The position numbers and the translations under genes were made by a program. 64,000 nucleotides of DNA from a virus, in IMG/VR virus record IMGVR_UViG_3300020403_002374, positions 37,582 through 101,581 of that record, one strand, 5' to 3'. The notes under the pieces are model-generated. The model had not been told where the DNA came from. It worked only from the letters and a program-made list of their open reading frames with translations, and did no database searches. Positions 41,001-49,004 of this stretch are shown piece by piece; within the stretch, counting starts at the first letter, position 1; the number at the start of each line of letters is the position of its first letter.

Positions 41001-42399
41001 TGTCTGGTAGAATAAAGTTTTCTTCAAATCCTTCGTCAAAACCGGGGTCAAAAGGATCGTCTAAAGATACGGCACGAATACTAAAAGAAATCTGATAACC
41101 ACTTACCATATTCATATGTGGTTTGAATCTTCTGTTCCAATCATATATGTCGGATACATTAGTTTCTGGCAACGAAGAATATGTTGTGAAATTAGGGTCT
41201 GTGTCTAAAGAATCGCCCTTCAATTGTATGTCGTTATATTTTACTATCAGATTTCCTGAAGGGTCAGATAGTCGTATATTGTAGACAGTGTAAAGGGGAG
41301 GTACTTGAGATTCGTAGTTTTTAAGCGGTGCAGCAACACGCATCCTAAAAGCAGAGTGTTCGGGTTTTATATTGAACTCTGTTAGTTCGGCTTTATATTG
41401 AAAAAGACCTTCAGTATGAACAGTGTTTGGCTGTATAAAACTATTCTCATCGTCACTAAGAAGTGAAGAATTACCCCTATCTTTAAGTATACCTTCGTAT
41501 ACGCCCTCATCAATATAGGAATAAAGCTCAGTCTCTTCTTTAAATGGCCCAACAAATGATCCAAACCCTTCTGCTATAGGTAAATCACCAGATGGGTAAA
41601 GTTTTTGAAGACAATAAAAATCTCCAAAATCACCAGCAATCTTATCTGTCTCTAATGTATTTAATTCTGCATTAAATGTTAAGTCTTCTCCAGCAGAATA
41701 TACGGCGATCATATCTTCTTCAATTTCAGCTTGACCAATCAGTTCTTGGTCGGAAAAAGTTAGATCTGCTCCGAGTATTGGGTTTCTATTTTCTACTATG
41801 GGATCTTCATCAATATCTCCATCAGGAGGATCGAGATCTCCACCGCCGGGACCGTCTAGGTCATCGTCTTCTTCTACAGGTGGATCATCTTTTCTCTGCA
41901 AAAGTCCCTCACCAACCATGTCTTGGAGAGGAAAGCCTAGATTTCTAGTTCTAATAATTGTAGGCGGTGTTGGGCTTGCCAAGCCGCTGGCAACAATAGA
42001 TAGGATAACTGTATCAGAGTTTACTAGTCGAGCATCATTAGAAAATATTAAGAATGTTCCGTTATTGTATACAAACTCAATTTCCGATGTTATGGAAAAT
42101 GCTTCGTCATCGAGGGTGGCATTTATAGTAACTTGCCAGCCAGTCTCAACTAATTCACAATGTACCCCAGAACAATCTTTAAGAATAAAATAAGGGCCGT
42201 CGCCCTCTATGGTATTAGAGAAGGATACACTTATTGTTTCTGGTGGAGAAGTTAATTTAGAATGTGTTGCAACATCGGCAAAGAGGGCAGCACCATCAAC
42301 TAGAAGTTGGGCAGAAAGCTCACCGCCAGATGCACAACTCTGCTCTCCAAGAGTTTCTATGCACATACATTCTAGAGATTTTACATTTAATTCCGACAT
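29077..42399 (-). CDS. Giant virion protein (4440 aa) with LamG/ConA-like domain, beta-stalk repeats and a 7-blade FG-GAP (integrin alpha-like) propeller with large inserts
   Basis: Seven FG...GAP blades (e.g. DRFGLAVSIDCDMCVIGAP) with GAVYxF partners. YIDFGD...FAIFVRFTP...IVSK LamG-like segment. About 100 Ser-Gly sites. Confidence 0.75.
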   Translation of the reverse strand: MSELNVKSLECMCIETLGEQSCASGGELSAQLLVDGAALFADVATHSKLTSPPETISVSFSNTIEGDGPYFILKDCSGVHCELVETGWQVTINATLDDEAFSITSEIEFVYNNGTFLIFSNDARLVNSDTVILSIVASGLASPTPPTIIRTRNLGFPLQDMVGEGLLQRKDDPPVEEDDDLDGPGGGDLDPPDGDIDEDPIVENRNPILGADLTFSDQELIGQAEIEEDMIAVYSAGEDLTFNAELNTLETDKIAGDFGDFYCLQKLYPSGDLPIAEGFGSFVGPFKEETELYSYIDEGVYEGILKDRGNSSLLSDDENSFIQPNTVHTEGLFQYKAELTEFNIKPEHSAFRMRVAAPLKNYESQVPPLYTVYNIRLSDPSGNLIVKYNDIQLKGDSLDTDPNFTTYSSLPETNVSDIYDWNRRFKPHMNMVSGYQISFSIRAVSLDDPFDPGFDEGFEENFILPDIITDEAGNRYLALDGQPLSTQETKFINPTYGFRLSSFEICNSGGFGPSREDYLGMRVPVRDKGIRLERCIKPNFIGLNTFDTTLYPPVSSVWRAGGYQLPSDNDNTTTCGTDELIKILRDKNLKRYIELSEQTGGGIADSGKLVLRFGDCHSDVDEITDGAFNFEFDQSTKNIWWEPSGAFNVQNRNENVDQDSIFYNFESVTLKVLAKKASADDRDFIIDVVGYSNDKLLNVTSPSGGFLQNPSGIALNDTSVHGSYGSVGNYPVVSGFHGNDWPLSAQSLSELDDYFEASGNDHYRLTQYPTVNTTEFQWYEVPLEILDENVRFGQPKDYKMSSNLERIYLDIFPFPSGAALAYAELCVKYTPQSAFNMYSQGGEKFGKAQDGRLEGRLFPSGMSGNDSILNYGSGFKPISHLEELPHLYSGGDTTSLKTNYSRRWRGVEGTVRGPYDIDQFSLAYENPVIDYPFLSGYFKFDKFGPENRYVLSVDMGPSLPSGYGTVSGLHTIAGVPGEPEVYQNIGWRFASGTLFNDHLPGFSGNYTSTDWTALSRGSTTFADNPMYGKIADAFDSVIRISGEAGGQYIDFGDIATASGFAIFVRFTPDSNISGVDYDLFNSGVIVSKFGSVNNAGDGNGMEFSLGYEDGYLCGQAQEEYVGDGGVAPIPYPQPQIIKAKDTVMFSGYQYPLNVLLTYNEHSNQRLKLYTENEFASGDWEVLRATSDQFNQNPLYRKINTSDDVILGYSTGSGVGINMLVSEFGISTGGSGITYGSGTNIVENNADRTYRQVTVDKFFENSRVKYFEPGETYLQDRYKLWDRVNEDTYNEWEIGDFKQPQFGFGFSQLQKRPNTEQIVFHINHHGSGYSQLNTLPLLSEVDSGVAYHTQMENDFLRFHLTDVPNSFYSVNKRITKNIPCGYKFSDRALVVETVLNHDFASGMKWESCEDIPPSGPRMIVSLYTKSKEPYWTADEPNWGLVNRKVHYIKPSSCLIRLDSTFSYDDLCDETESWALFPEEPRLREFKETYFSKDVNDMFVQYDLVYPSGPAFESRLEMHSSHVRMSDVNICSVPLSGALPSGLHLNVSGAFRPETELTLNIGGFPREENGILPLQIQVPFPHGVFDEYEEDNLGNLFQTMPSGFHLSVSGAIIADGSLPLFIPPQSGNAILNLNVAGQIPPISSGDMNLALPKVFGRSDSSQDQDPLTTPGAERGQVIVLIGGEDILIDALATDFTSVTIVDNENDGSGSVSVSGGVLTISGDISNSKLNALDIQSQINNIKGFRAEGASSAGDGSATAGSSNAQVVGNPNPNNLNGINLTLLNTEVSFPVSGDPYLSLSLFAPQTEGLTGVLAQLNTLLFNNFDQLPSDDSPIVASGDVTLTLLGGSKTGRNKSSASMPLIIKPLDKLEENLNLYVHNPEIEALDSGVMNLYTASYNVGSKGFGSAYGLWDGVEYGTGIELEDNYLASILVSNEIRGVDLTAFGTCTGDSPSKAIDDALITDCTVWREETCNEGGAFRAKDTYTNPTATNFEGGIGYSGNYYGIRKYTQLLPAVGYDAVMTIKTGNTKPIPVPREFEEWEYGMCGPDWYTHIAPGTDNSGCCNEVCQQNIVFSGIKLVGDDSGISIDGIEYDPESLIASGRQAHARFGSAVSVKDDLMAVSAPDLTIPDFDPNRGIEDYYAEGSPAIDPGQVDVSGAGSVFLYRRGEDVPGQKANWTFEHQIMLPTGFRKDYVQRSVQNVLRFDNLTISGVKWQLGQEGRRFGESLDMCNSGDRQTLIIGAPRAKWERDFVDIPTSGIDCATLMVADLFSYDKKKLQGVAGAAQRFNVLWKYFTPPWNPGADEWYPQVNTKVIVLQLTYADKEYKDVPKDEASWFQHKYIPRLDDLDLLLEVGGGLVGSDASVSDKIEAAQPVIFDTQFSGVVECLDALFPVRQNVIYSGLPPIMGMFKEQTGSTAGALRYTDVTTNTVRSLYDRIEDYYVNWTYSSGVQDFVQEIKQSGHLNTIVGKSEDVYLTTRQLISDTFDSGRLSRTFTNETLNRDFIASGVGQEWGDTHTQIRNSFQIPPASGGRVYIFEKERDEFNCIQVIVSPDDISDLSDEPEDLMSEMYSFTPNDRFGHSVGISANSEVVTIGSPWKTTPVRIYERDDSANQRVYDNIRKYCESGGLTDAVIHYDTILSQSGESIAKVSTYDHIGSSERFRFRNEVNYWGPNLPQPYKLSFGYNYSSINYVGTNKWLASEFAPTSRLGWSTAVSEDGNIAAFGAPTDSFNLFEDVNVWGTGLERWNSFQHGGAVRIFESRKYYPHDKIVEFGRFGNLDMNSHPEEKRQGLYDQWDQIFGENSDGTSNYKAKPFRRMDFSEISIPTDAGLCFITTPELDSASDEIIENIKDWLALGDRNLVLVGNDPVWEENGLYKKSNDVINKVLNKLDSRMRIFAAKDESYAMQGTPSGICVSQEDINNDLFNITSVPAPSYTTGPTVSYGNFYGKGFGDIRIDLSQDNLEDYKEYFGCPEGICCDGCEDDGPPVINDKCEFPLAHHGDLRARWLEQCIKTTPRGCKVITYVKNWPFQFGNFTPPCDDPPVPMFRKQGNEPVPVLTTMEHVPPSSWYRPATSGLFCTYTPIYKWIKKTRGSTTYEFADHNVDYVEFNIQEDENSNVEGILNSWNVSGPDFIDPDVKNNRDGLVQGIGRSYYPEDEERKETKVVYPISILALVESGRFDSGDHNNSQVYVIGSQWSEDDNSRGIDSPTLNDDKNTEFYINMVRKNCDDAPRGIQINGFTGHESLSSAYYTGAANENDHGLADKLNFEFSKNNNGGYFLENKTLDDLRDTVDFAWIAQPLSKASESDVEKIKTWLNRGNKKLVVTYNGVDPNSRQDIAENVDHLVSGVNLTSRPFFIPSRGEYWDTDQIITGYDRLEGSTQFVDTSTDPVSGCDFGYGFAQDGYNFATSMSGVEFSPATTPKDPVGLDNEVTMKVFVPLSGGQDYEKIIWFPDDITETFTIYPTNRYKIDGEAVVDFPVVKNSGYRMFINWVSETDTEEFNICGFTEGGSDDPDPDGGFDGIFGDSEVCGSPIDLERTTRRVPQQTIIDFRATETSFKVKLNTDVWANGIPRDKIKEGVLPTTPRFLSISGCPLEIISETVITTTSGKKIVGYNEECEWIVNPAQSGEIPGFSRPVQHLSNPYCIPGGWAEDKCENANFGQEYIQDGPVIVAEEPEQFSSFPAGRRKSHIIVVSDSTIIQGLCPQYRGSDAIEGNQKFIRSLYPPSPEDYDKPQDDGDFFPDGLGGSQSGPEELSFDNTRNWYFAQKIRAPEVGSPGKYNAVSGQSVQDMIFEKLYGGGGAGLESYDLSEFYDNEDYALNPTVTAGRPDEVRDPIEIAVRKEQFNDNVLDDYGMWPRFSGDFLDIIADNPVSPEFYNELLGEEPPIDRDQKGTIADAQIRGGMSDLMKATNTDYLDFDVYNSGCAGDLFGYSIDLSQGRLIVGTPFNGFYNPSGISGVTPWHYMQDNVSNKENMIVAEDGGAGAAFIFDRTTSGENLIAERLAWEFTQKIRPSSLNVGIYDFRPTAAEALTAVRGPHQISDPTVIISGAKQSDRFGLAVSIDCDMCVIGAPNHDFQTIHQHIYSGGGLEDPNNIDPNGLNTAFTRKNFTGAFDIPLHKFFDLGDSGTRVDRFENTSGVMVLNAGAVYNYRNKLVDFQKREQSWVFAQKLVAQSGYKGREQGNWSIKSPAPGAPIIHKTSGNEFDNYGKSVSIHRAGRGDSDYTTVIGAPNHIWPVSGDHFSKDLRDAGAAFTYDAMLREQPEAIPNSGGWIDAHVFGTKKDRGDNDRVATRVYQNETGPVEEYKVSGLVFTNSVGDIFLEVSGFDPAEKGFIGHRPYIDNIKFTLRPAVEVNELLNLNISGRPTPRSGDMNLALLGADMANVYNNLGMYNFGVSGIVYADAIDQSGLFLNITAPSGPVASSLNLSLTSTQSTGSLPLRMRGF

Positions 42400-42415
42400 T
42401 TAAAATTCCTATATC

Positions 42416-45400
42416 CTAACTACCTAGTACTGAGTCTGTTTTTTGTAAGTCCCCGTTGGTATTTGGCTTAAATTTTCCAATTTCGTTTTGTACTTCTTTA
42501 AGCAATTCGTTTTTAATGTCTTCTTTCATGGACGATAAAAATGATCCGCCATTAAAGTTCACATTAACATTTGTTGTATCTAATTTTACACTAAACTGAG
42601 AATTTACTAGTTTATCTACAGCATCCGTAAATCCTGTGAATACTCCCTGTAAACCCGGAATAGCACTTGTTAATGCACTACCTATACCCTCGACTATTCC
42701 ACCTAAGTTATAATATTGTACTTGTCCACCGCCACTCATTCTGCCCGGACCACTGGCTCCACCTCCAGAATTCATAGCTCTAAGAATTTGAAGATTATTG
42801 CCACGATTTACTGCTGAACGATTAACAACAAATTCTCCCGGTGTCAACATGGCGGGAACGGTATCTGTACCACGAGGAACAAACATGCCCATACTTGCAT
42901 ATATCATACCACCATTAGCTTTATTTGTTGCCCGCTGTATAGCTAGGTCTTTTTCTTGTAGCATTACTTGAGCATCGTTTATAACAACCTGTTTGGTGAA
43001 GATTTCGGCTCTCTCAAACTCAGCCGCTTGTTGACCAAGTGCCCCAAGTGTTCTGGCTAATTCTTGTCCTTCTCCCATCTTTGCTCGCTCTTCTGCGGTA
43101 GTTCCAGTTAAAACACCGGCAGCACGAGAATCGGTTATCCCAACGCTTCCAAGAGCTAATTGACCAGCCCTGTTTAAAGTCGCAGCAGATTCACCAGTAC
43201 CTTGCAAACTCTGTAGACCCTGACCCAACGCACTAGCACTAAACAGATTTGCAAGACCAGAGTCTCCGCTTCTTAATGCTGCGGCTGCACCAGCGGTTTG
43301 TTGTCCCTCTAAGAACCCTTCAACATCACCCTCTAGTAATTTTTCTAGTGAGGATTTTTCAGCAGCGTTTTTCTTACGTATAAGATCTAGCTCTTCTTTT
43401 TTGGCTGCTATTTCTTGCTTCGTGGTAACAATTAAATCTTGTTGAAGTTGTTTTAGCTGTTGTCTCTTGTCGCTTTCTGCACCTTCTGCTCCGAGACCAG
43501 CACCAAATGCCTGCCTGTTTCCAGCAGCGACTTGTGCTCCAGATTCTAATGCCATAAATTGGCTTGAAATTTGAGCACTGACCCTTTGAATATCCGATGC
43601 ACTACCGCTCTGTAAACCTTGTATACCAGCAAAGCCAGCACCTACATTGAATTTAGCTAGGTTTGCACCACGTCTTTGCTCTGGTGTTAACGCTGCCCCA
43701 CCAAAATCTTGAAACGCTCTTCCAGCTTCTAGCTGTAGATCAATAGCTTTTCTTTGTGCTGCAACGAATTCTTGCTCTGCTTGTTTTCTATCTTGAATAG
43801 CACCTATAAGCTGTAGCTCTATTTCTTTTCTTTGTTTTAATATCTCCGAGAGACCCTTGTTTAGCTCTTGACCAACTTTGTCTAAAGTTTCTCTAAGAAC
43901 ACTAACGTCTCCACCTTTTAATCTAGCTAGATCGGCACCTTCAAATTCGGCACTCTCAATTGCTGTTTTTATTTTATCTGCGGCTTCTGGATCTAAACCT
44001 ACTGTTAGATTTTTGGCTACAGCCTCTTTAATAGCATCTAAGCCACCACCGGATGCAATAATATCTTTTCTAATTTGTTGTAATTCTGGCGAATCGTTTT
44101 GAAGTCTTTTGTTAGCTGTTGCAAAACCCCTAACACTTTGCATATTTTGATCAATTATAGATTGACTGACGCCAGACTCTTTTAATGTCCTCTCTACGTC
44201 GCTAAGAGCAGAGTCTAATTCTTTATCAGTCAACCCTTTGGCGGCTGCATTAAACGCAGAGTTTAGGTCATTAATGCTTTTATCAAATCTTGCACCCGCT
44301 TGGTCAAATGATCTTATGTTGGCTATTGAGTTCGCAGCGGCCCCTAACTGATCCGCAACGCCTGCGAGTCCAAAGTTTAGAGCCTCAATTAATTTTCTTT
44401 GCCTTTCCCCAGCTTTTGCTGCACCATCTATATTAGCATTAAACTGATCTAATTTACCTTGAGATATACTTAAAAGTCTTTTTTCATCTTCGGTTAGTTT
44501 ACGTCTTTGCTTAATTCCCTCTAATTGTTTCTTAGTTTCTTCTGCTTGTTTTAGTTCTAAATCTAATGCTTTATTATCTTGACGTAGTGACTTCTTGATG
44601 TCTTCTGGTGATCCCCCACCCGATAGAGCACGCTGTCTGGCTACATCTGCGAACACACCGCTTACAGCAGATGAAAATGCTTGTGCCCCCTTTTCTTCCG
44701 CTTCTACTCTTTCTTTTAGTGCCGCTTTTCTATCTGCTTCTCCACCATCGTCAAATACAGCACCGATCCCTGCTCCGGCGATTGCTCCTGCTGGTCCGAG
44801 TAGAGACCCATAAAGTGCTCCTTTTTGTGCTCCAGTTAATCGACCTGCAATATCAGCTTCTTTCGATTGTTGTAAAGCTCTAGCTTTTTGAACTGCCACA
44901 AGTTCGTTTTCAAAGTTGCCAGTCAAAGCACCAGACTGAAATGCCTCATCTAGAGTTTTAGCTCCACTAGCAACTTGTTGAAGTGCGGTTGCAGCCTTTC
45001 TACTTTCGATTGCTGCATTTTTATCAGCCCTCGCTCTAGCTGCCGCAGCTTCCGCACCGAGCTTGATTGTCTTAGTACTGTCACCTCCCAATGGTGCAAG
45101 AATATTATCTCTAAATGCATTTATAAGATCTTGACCAAATTCAAACTGCGAGAGTATTTTAACACCGATACCTGCAAATACACCAACTATAGCACCTATA
45201 ATAGCACCGGCAAGCGTTCCGATACCGGGAACAACACTACCAATAGCAGCACCTAGAGCGGTTGTAGCAGCAGCAGTACCCAACGCAGCTTTATTAGCAA
45301 CTTTAGCATTTGCACTCGCAACAGCAGCATCTCCAGCACCTTCTACATCACCAGTTTCAACTGCTTCTTTTGCTTTTTCATGAACTTTAGTATAAGCATC

Positions 45401-48400
45401 AATTGCTTTCACCGCTGCGTATACAACGGCGACAGCAGCAGCACCAGCAGCGGCAACACCAGCTAATGCAACAGTGGCACCACCAACGGCTGGACCCATA
45501 CCGCCCACACCTTTACCAAGGCTAGATATGCCTTTTCCAAGTTTGCCAAGCATACCCCCTTTACCAGCAAGGTTTTTACCAAAACCATCAATAGCTTTAC
45601 CAGCACCTTTAAATTTACCAGAGATGGCATCACTAAGTGCGTCAGCACCTCCACCCTTACCCCTAAGAACGCTACCAATACCTTTAAGGTTTAGTTTTAC
45701 ACCAAGAGCCTGAAGTGCAGTAATAACAAAGAATATACCATTGACCATTTTTTGAGTGCTATCAATGAGACTAGCAGCAACCCTCTCAAAACTACTACTA
45801 CTTTCATCAATGGTTGGTTTTAACAGTCCTAGTGCTGTATTTGTTGCCAAAAGACCAGCTTGGAATTTTTTAAGCGTTGCACCATCATCGGTCGCTTCTC
45901 TGATACCTGCATCTCTTTTCTTCTTTGCGTCCTGTTCTCTTTGGATCTTTGCGACTTTAGATTTCTTAAATTCTCCCGCCGGTGTACCGGTTTGTAGAGT
46001 ATCCTGTAATGCTGAAGTTGCAACCTCTTTTTGTGTTTTGGCTTGGGCAATTTTATCAGCCTTGGCTTGTTCCAAATCAGCGAGTTGTTCTTCTACATCA
46101 TTTAAATTACCCAAAGCTGCTGTCGCTTCCTGAGACGCTTTTAACCTTTCGGTTTCTACTTTTTCAATTTCGGAATATATTCTGTTAAGAGCCTTTTGTC
46201 CCTTTGCTCCCGGCACTGCCTGTTGTTCCAACCTACCCACAGCGGAACTAAGATCTGCTGACCTTTTAGCTAAATCCGCCTCTTGTTGAGAAAGTCTTTC
46301 AGCTTCTTGAGTCGCTGCTTGGACAACTTTTCTTTGTGCCCCAATATCTTTAGAAAGGCCAGCTATTTCTTGTGTCAAACCAGCTTGACCGATTTGAATC
46401 TCTGCTTTGATACCTTTTGCAGTTACGCTTCCGCCATTTTCAAATTTCTGAAAACCAACCAATCCACCAGCATTAAACCTAGCGACACCAGATTTATTCA
46501 TACTGTTTAGATTACCGTAGCCAATACTTTGTGCGGCCTTTTTATTTACAACAAATTCGCCCGGAGTCAAAAGTGCGGGTACGTTATCTTGACCACCGCC
46601 AACACCACCACCAGAAGCGAGCTTCTTTACCGATAGATCATTATATTTGAGTGCCTTGGTGTAAGTACTTGCAAGGTTACTTTTATTAAAGGCGTTTTTA
46701 AATTCGTTTGGAAATACGGCTTTATTAAATAATTGATTGAATCCTTCGACCGGTTCGGGGAAGTCAAAAAGCTCACCACTTTTACCGGCTTCTGTATTGG
46801 TGGCACGCCTTACAAACGCTTCAAACATATTACCTTTAAAAGACTCAACTATGTTTTTTTCAAGCAATTTGTCTAAAGGAACATTGTCTGGCCCACCTAA
46901 AGGCGTAGGAAAAGATTGAACCGCCTCAGTAAATGCTTCTGGAATTTTCTTGTCTAAAACATTATTGAATAAATTATTCGCGGTTGATGAGAAAGAGTCT
47001 GAAGTACCTCCACTAGCCACAATTGTTGATTTTGGTGGAAATGCACCGCTTATTAATTCTCCCCTTTTTCTAAATTGGGCTTTAATTGCGTTGATAGTTG
47101 TGTTTTGTAAACTAGCTCCTTTTTTGGAAGTCTTGGGTAAACCACCAAATTCTGAAAGCCAGCCTTGTGCATTAGAGTTGGCTTCTTTTAGAAGTGTCGA
47201 TCCTGAATTTTCTTTAAAGAATTTAAGTACCTGATCTCTACCTGATCTATTCTGGGATTGACCACCTATGGTAAACTGTTCGCCTGTAAGATTTATTTTT
47301 TTTCTTAATCTATCTTGAGCTTTACTGTCTAGAGATGAAATCAAAACATCTTGCTCTTTTAGGCTACCAACTGCCCCATCTGGCGTAGAAAGACCAAACT
47401 TACCGGTAATATCAGCAATTCTTCCTCCTTTGTTATACCTATTCTGATTCATTGCTTGTAGAGTTCCAGCACCTAACTTGGACGCACTACTTTTTTTGAT
47501 TACAAACTCACCCGGAGTAAGCATGGCGGGTACGGTGTCTCGGTTTCCAGTACCGGGAACAAAACCGCCCCTAGCAAATGCTTGTATTTTACCGCCGAGA
47601 TTCTTCTTTTGCGGATCAAAGGATTGAAGCCCACGAACGGCAGATCCAGCACCCCCAAGAAAATCTCCAAGACTTTTAGAAATCTTAATAGCTGCCAATG
47701 CAGTAATAAGTGGTAACAGGGGTTTTATCGTGTCTACTATTTTGATAAGATTGCTTGCTATCTCTAATGCAACTTTAGCAAACAGTTGAAAAGAAGTGCT
47801 TTCTGAAAAACTACGAACAAGTGCTAAAAACTCTTCTTTGACCTTGGTAATCTGGACAGCAAGAGCCTGTTGTGCAGTTGTCGAATCCTTTGTCAAGCTC
47901 TCGCCACCGGCAAGTGCCGCCTGTCTAGCACGTTCAGCAGTCTCGAACTGCTGCAACAATGGAATCACCTTACCAATCTGACGAAAACCACCAAGCTCTT
48001 CAGCAATCTGAACAAACTCTAAATCACCCTTGCCCAATCCAGCAAGAGCTTTTGACAGCTTTTTTGCGGCCTCAAACGGACCAACAAATTTACCATCTAC
48101 TGTTTCTAACTCAACACCGAACTGTCTAAGAAATTCAATCGTCTTTGGACGCTGAATACGTGTAAAGATAGTACGTAAACCAGTACTAATAGATTCAGCA
48201 CTTTCACGAGTAGTAGCACGAACAGCCGTAAAAACAGCTAAGAGTTCTTCTAGTTCACCACCAGCGGCTTGGAAGACACCACCAAACCTACGAACAGCAC
48301 CAATAAGGTCGCCAGATTCAACAGCAAACTGACCAGCAACAGCGTTGATAGCACCAAGTTGTTGTTCAAGTTTTTCTACACCAGCACCAAACTGACTAAG

Positions 48401-48964
48401 AATAGCAACAGCACCCTCTGCCGTCTCCGTAATATCATCAAACGTAGGAGCAAGGGTTGTTTTTGCAAGAGCTTTTAATGCAGTCTCAAGATCATTAGCT
48501 TTAATTCCAGCCTGAGAAAGAATTCTAGTGACCGCAAGAAGGTCTTTACTAGAAGTACCAAGACCTGTCGCCAATGAAGTAATTGTGTTTTGTAGACCTT
48601 TAAGGTCTTTAACAGCCTTGCCCGTAACCTGAGATACCTTTACAATCTCACGTTGAAAGTCAATAGCCTCATCAACTGCTTTAGCTAAATTATTGGTAAG
48701 TAAACTTACAGCACGACTAGCAACCGTAAATGCTGCAAATCGCTTGATAGCCAAGCCGAAGCTCTTGCCCATCGCGTTAGCAGCAGTTGCGGCCTTATTG
48801 GTCTCTGCTGTAATTTTTTTAATGCTATCTTGAGCTTGTTTTGCACCTTCAACCTCAACGGGAATTTTAGCCCCGCTCAGTTGTTTTCTAACTTGACCTA
48901 AAACTTTGCCAACATTATTAGGTGCTTGTAATTGTAGCTGTGCAGTCAGTACAAACTTTGACAT
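42416..48964 (-). CDS. Tail tape measure protein (TP901/PhageMin_Tail-like N-terminal core)
   Basis: Ala/Gly/Lys-rich helical protein with AVRATTRESAESISTGLRTIFTRI core, hydrophobic Gly/Ala segments and three GG...D.VPA.LTPGEFV motifs. Lies downstream of the tail tube and chaperone genes. Confidence 0.92.
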   Translation of the reverse strand: MSKFVLTAQLQLQAPNNVGKVLGQVRKQLSGAKIPVEVEGAKQAQDSIKKITAETNKAATAANAMGKSFGLAIKRFAAFTVASRAVSLLTNNLAKAVDEAIDFQREIVKVSQVTGKAVKDLKGLQNTITSLATGLGTSSKDLLAVTRILSQAGIKANDLETALKALAKTTLAPTFDDITETAEGAVAILSQFGAGVEKLEQQLGAINAVAGQFAVESGDLIGAVRRFGGVFQAAGGELEELLAVFTAVRATTRESAESISTGLRTIFTRIQRPKTIEFLRQFGVELETVDGKFVGPFEAAKKLSKALAGLGKGDLEFVQIAEELGGFRQIGKVIPLLQQFETAERARQAALAGGESLTKDSTTAQQALAVQITKVKEEFLALVRSFSESTSFQLFAKVALEIASNLIKIVDTIKPLLPLITALAAIKISKSLGDFLGGAGSAVRGLQSFDPQKKNLGGKIQAFARGGFVPGTGNRDTVPAMLTPGEFVIKKSSASKLGAGTLQAMNQNRYNKGGRIADITGKFGLSTPDGAVGSLKEQDVLISSLDSKAQDRLRKKINLTGEQFTIGGQSQNRSGRDQVLKFFKENSGSTLLKEANSNAQGWLSEFGGLPKTSKKGASLQNTTINAIKAQFRKRGELISGAFPPKSTIVASGGTSDSFSSTANNLFNNVLDKKIPEAFTEAVQSFPTPLGGPDNVPLDKLLEKNIVESFKGNMFEAFVRRATNTEAGKSGELFDFPEPVEGFNQLFNKAVFPNEFKNAFNKSNLASTYTKALKYNDLSVKKLASGGGVGGGQDNVPALLTPGEFVVNKKAAQSIGYGNLNSMNKSGVARFNAGGLVGFQKFENGGSVTAKGIKAEIQIGQAGLTQEIAGLSKDIGAQRKVVQAATQEAERLSQQEADLAKRSADLSSAVGRLEQQAVPGAKGQKALNRIYSEIEKVETERLKASQEATAALGNLNDVEEQLADLEQAKADKIAQAKTQKEVATSALQDTLQTGTPAGEFKKSKVAKIQREQDAKKKRDAGIREATDDGATLKKFQAGLLATNTALGLLKPTIDESSSSFERVAASLIDSTQKMVNGIFFVITALQALGVKLNLKGIGSVLRGKGGGADALSDAISGKFKGAGKAIDGFGKNLAGKGGMLGKLGKGISSLGKGVGGMGPAVGGATVALAGVAAAGAAAVAVVYAAVKAIDAYTKVHEKAKEAVETGDVEGAGDAAVASANAKVANKAALGTAAATTALGAAIGSVVPGIGTLAGAIIGAIVGVFAGIGVKILSQFEFGQDLINAFRDNILAPLGGDSTKTIKLGAEAAAARARADKNAAIESRKAATALQQVASGAKTLDEAFQSGALTGNFENELVAVQKARALQQSKEADIAGRLTGAQKGALYGSLLGPAGAIAGAGIGAVFDDGGEADRKAALKERVEAEEKGAQAFSSAVSGVFADVARQRALSGGGSPEDIKKSLRQDNKALDLELKQAEETKKQLEGIKQRRKLTEDEKRLLSISQGKLDQFNANIDGAAKAGERQRKLIEALNFGLAGVADQLGAAANSIANIRSFDQAGARFDKSINDLNSAFNAAAKGLTDKELDSALSDVERTLKESGVSQSIIDQNMQSVRGFATANKRLQNDSPELQQIRKDIIASGGGLDAIKEAVAKNLTVGLDPEAADKIKTAIESAEFEGADLARLKGGDVSVLRETLDKVGQELNKGLSEILKQRKEIELQLIGAIQDRKQAEQEFVAAQRKAIDLQLEAGRAFQDFGGAALTPEQRRGANLAKFNVGAGFAGIQGLQSGSASDIQRVSAQISSQFMALESGAQVAAGNRQAFGAGLGAEGAESDKRQQLKQLQQDLIVTTKQEIAAKKEELDLIRKKNAAEKSSLEKLLEGDVEGFLEGQQTAGAAAALRSGDSGLANLFSASALGQGLQSLQGTGESAATLNRAGQLALGSVGITDSRAAGVLTGTTAEERAKMGEGQELARTLGALGQQAAEFERAEIFTKQVVINDAQVMLQEKDLAIQRATNKANGGMIYASMGMFVPRGTDTVPAMLTPGEFVVNRSAVNRGNNLQILRAMNSGGGASGPGRMSGGGQVQYYNLGGIVEGIGSALTSAIPGLQGVFTGFTDAVDKLVNSQFSVKLDTTNVNVNFNGGSFLSSMKEDIKNELLKEVQNEIGKFKPNTNGDLQKTDSVLGS
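42809..47578 (-). repeat. Three dispersed copies of the D[TN]VPA[ML]LTPGEFV motif in the TMP (about 47483-47578, 46533-46622, 42809-42900)
   Basis: GGFVPGTGNRDTVPAMLTPGEFVIKKS; GGGVGGGQDNVPALLTPGEFVVNKK; GMFVPRGTDTVPAMLTPGEFVVNRS. Confidence 0.9.
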
Positions 48965-49004
48965 TTCATAACCTTATTGTATAAGACTAACTACACTATC
49001 CATT

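Noticed and set aside
41795-41890. Acidic Asp/Pro/Gly tract in the giant protein as a functional repeat
   Set aside because: It looks like a simple low-complexity linker with no periodicity.
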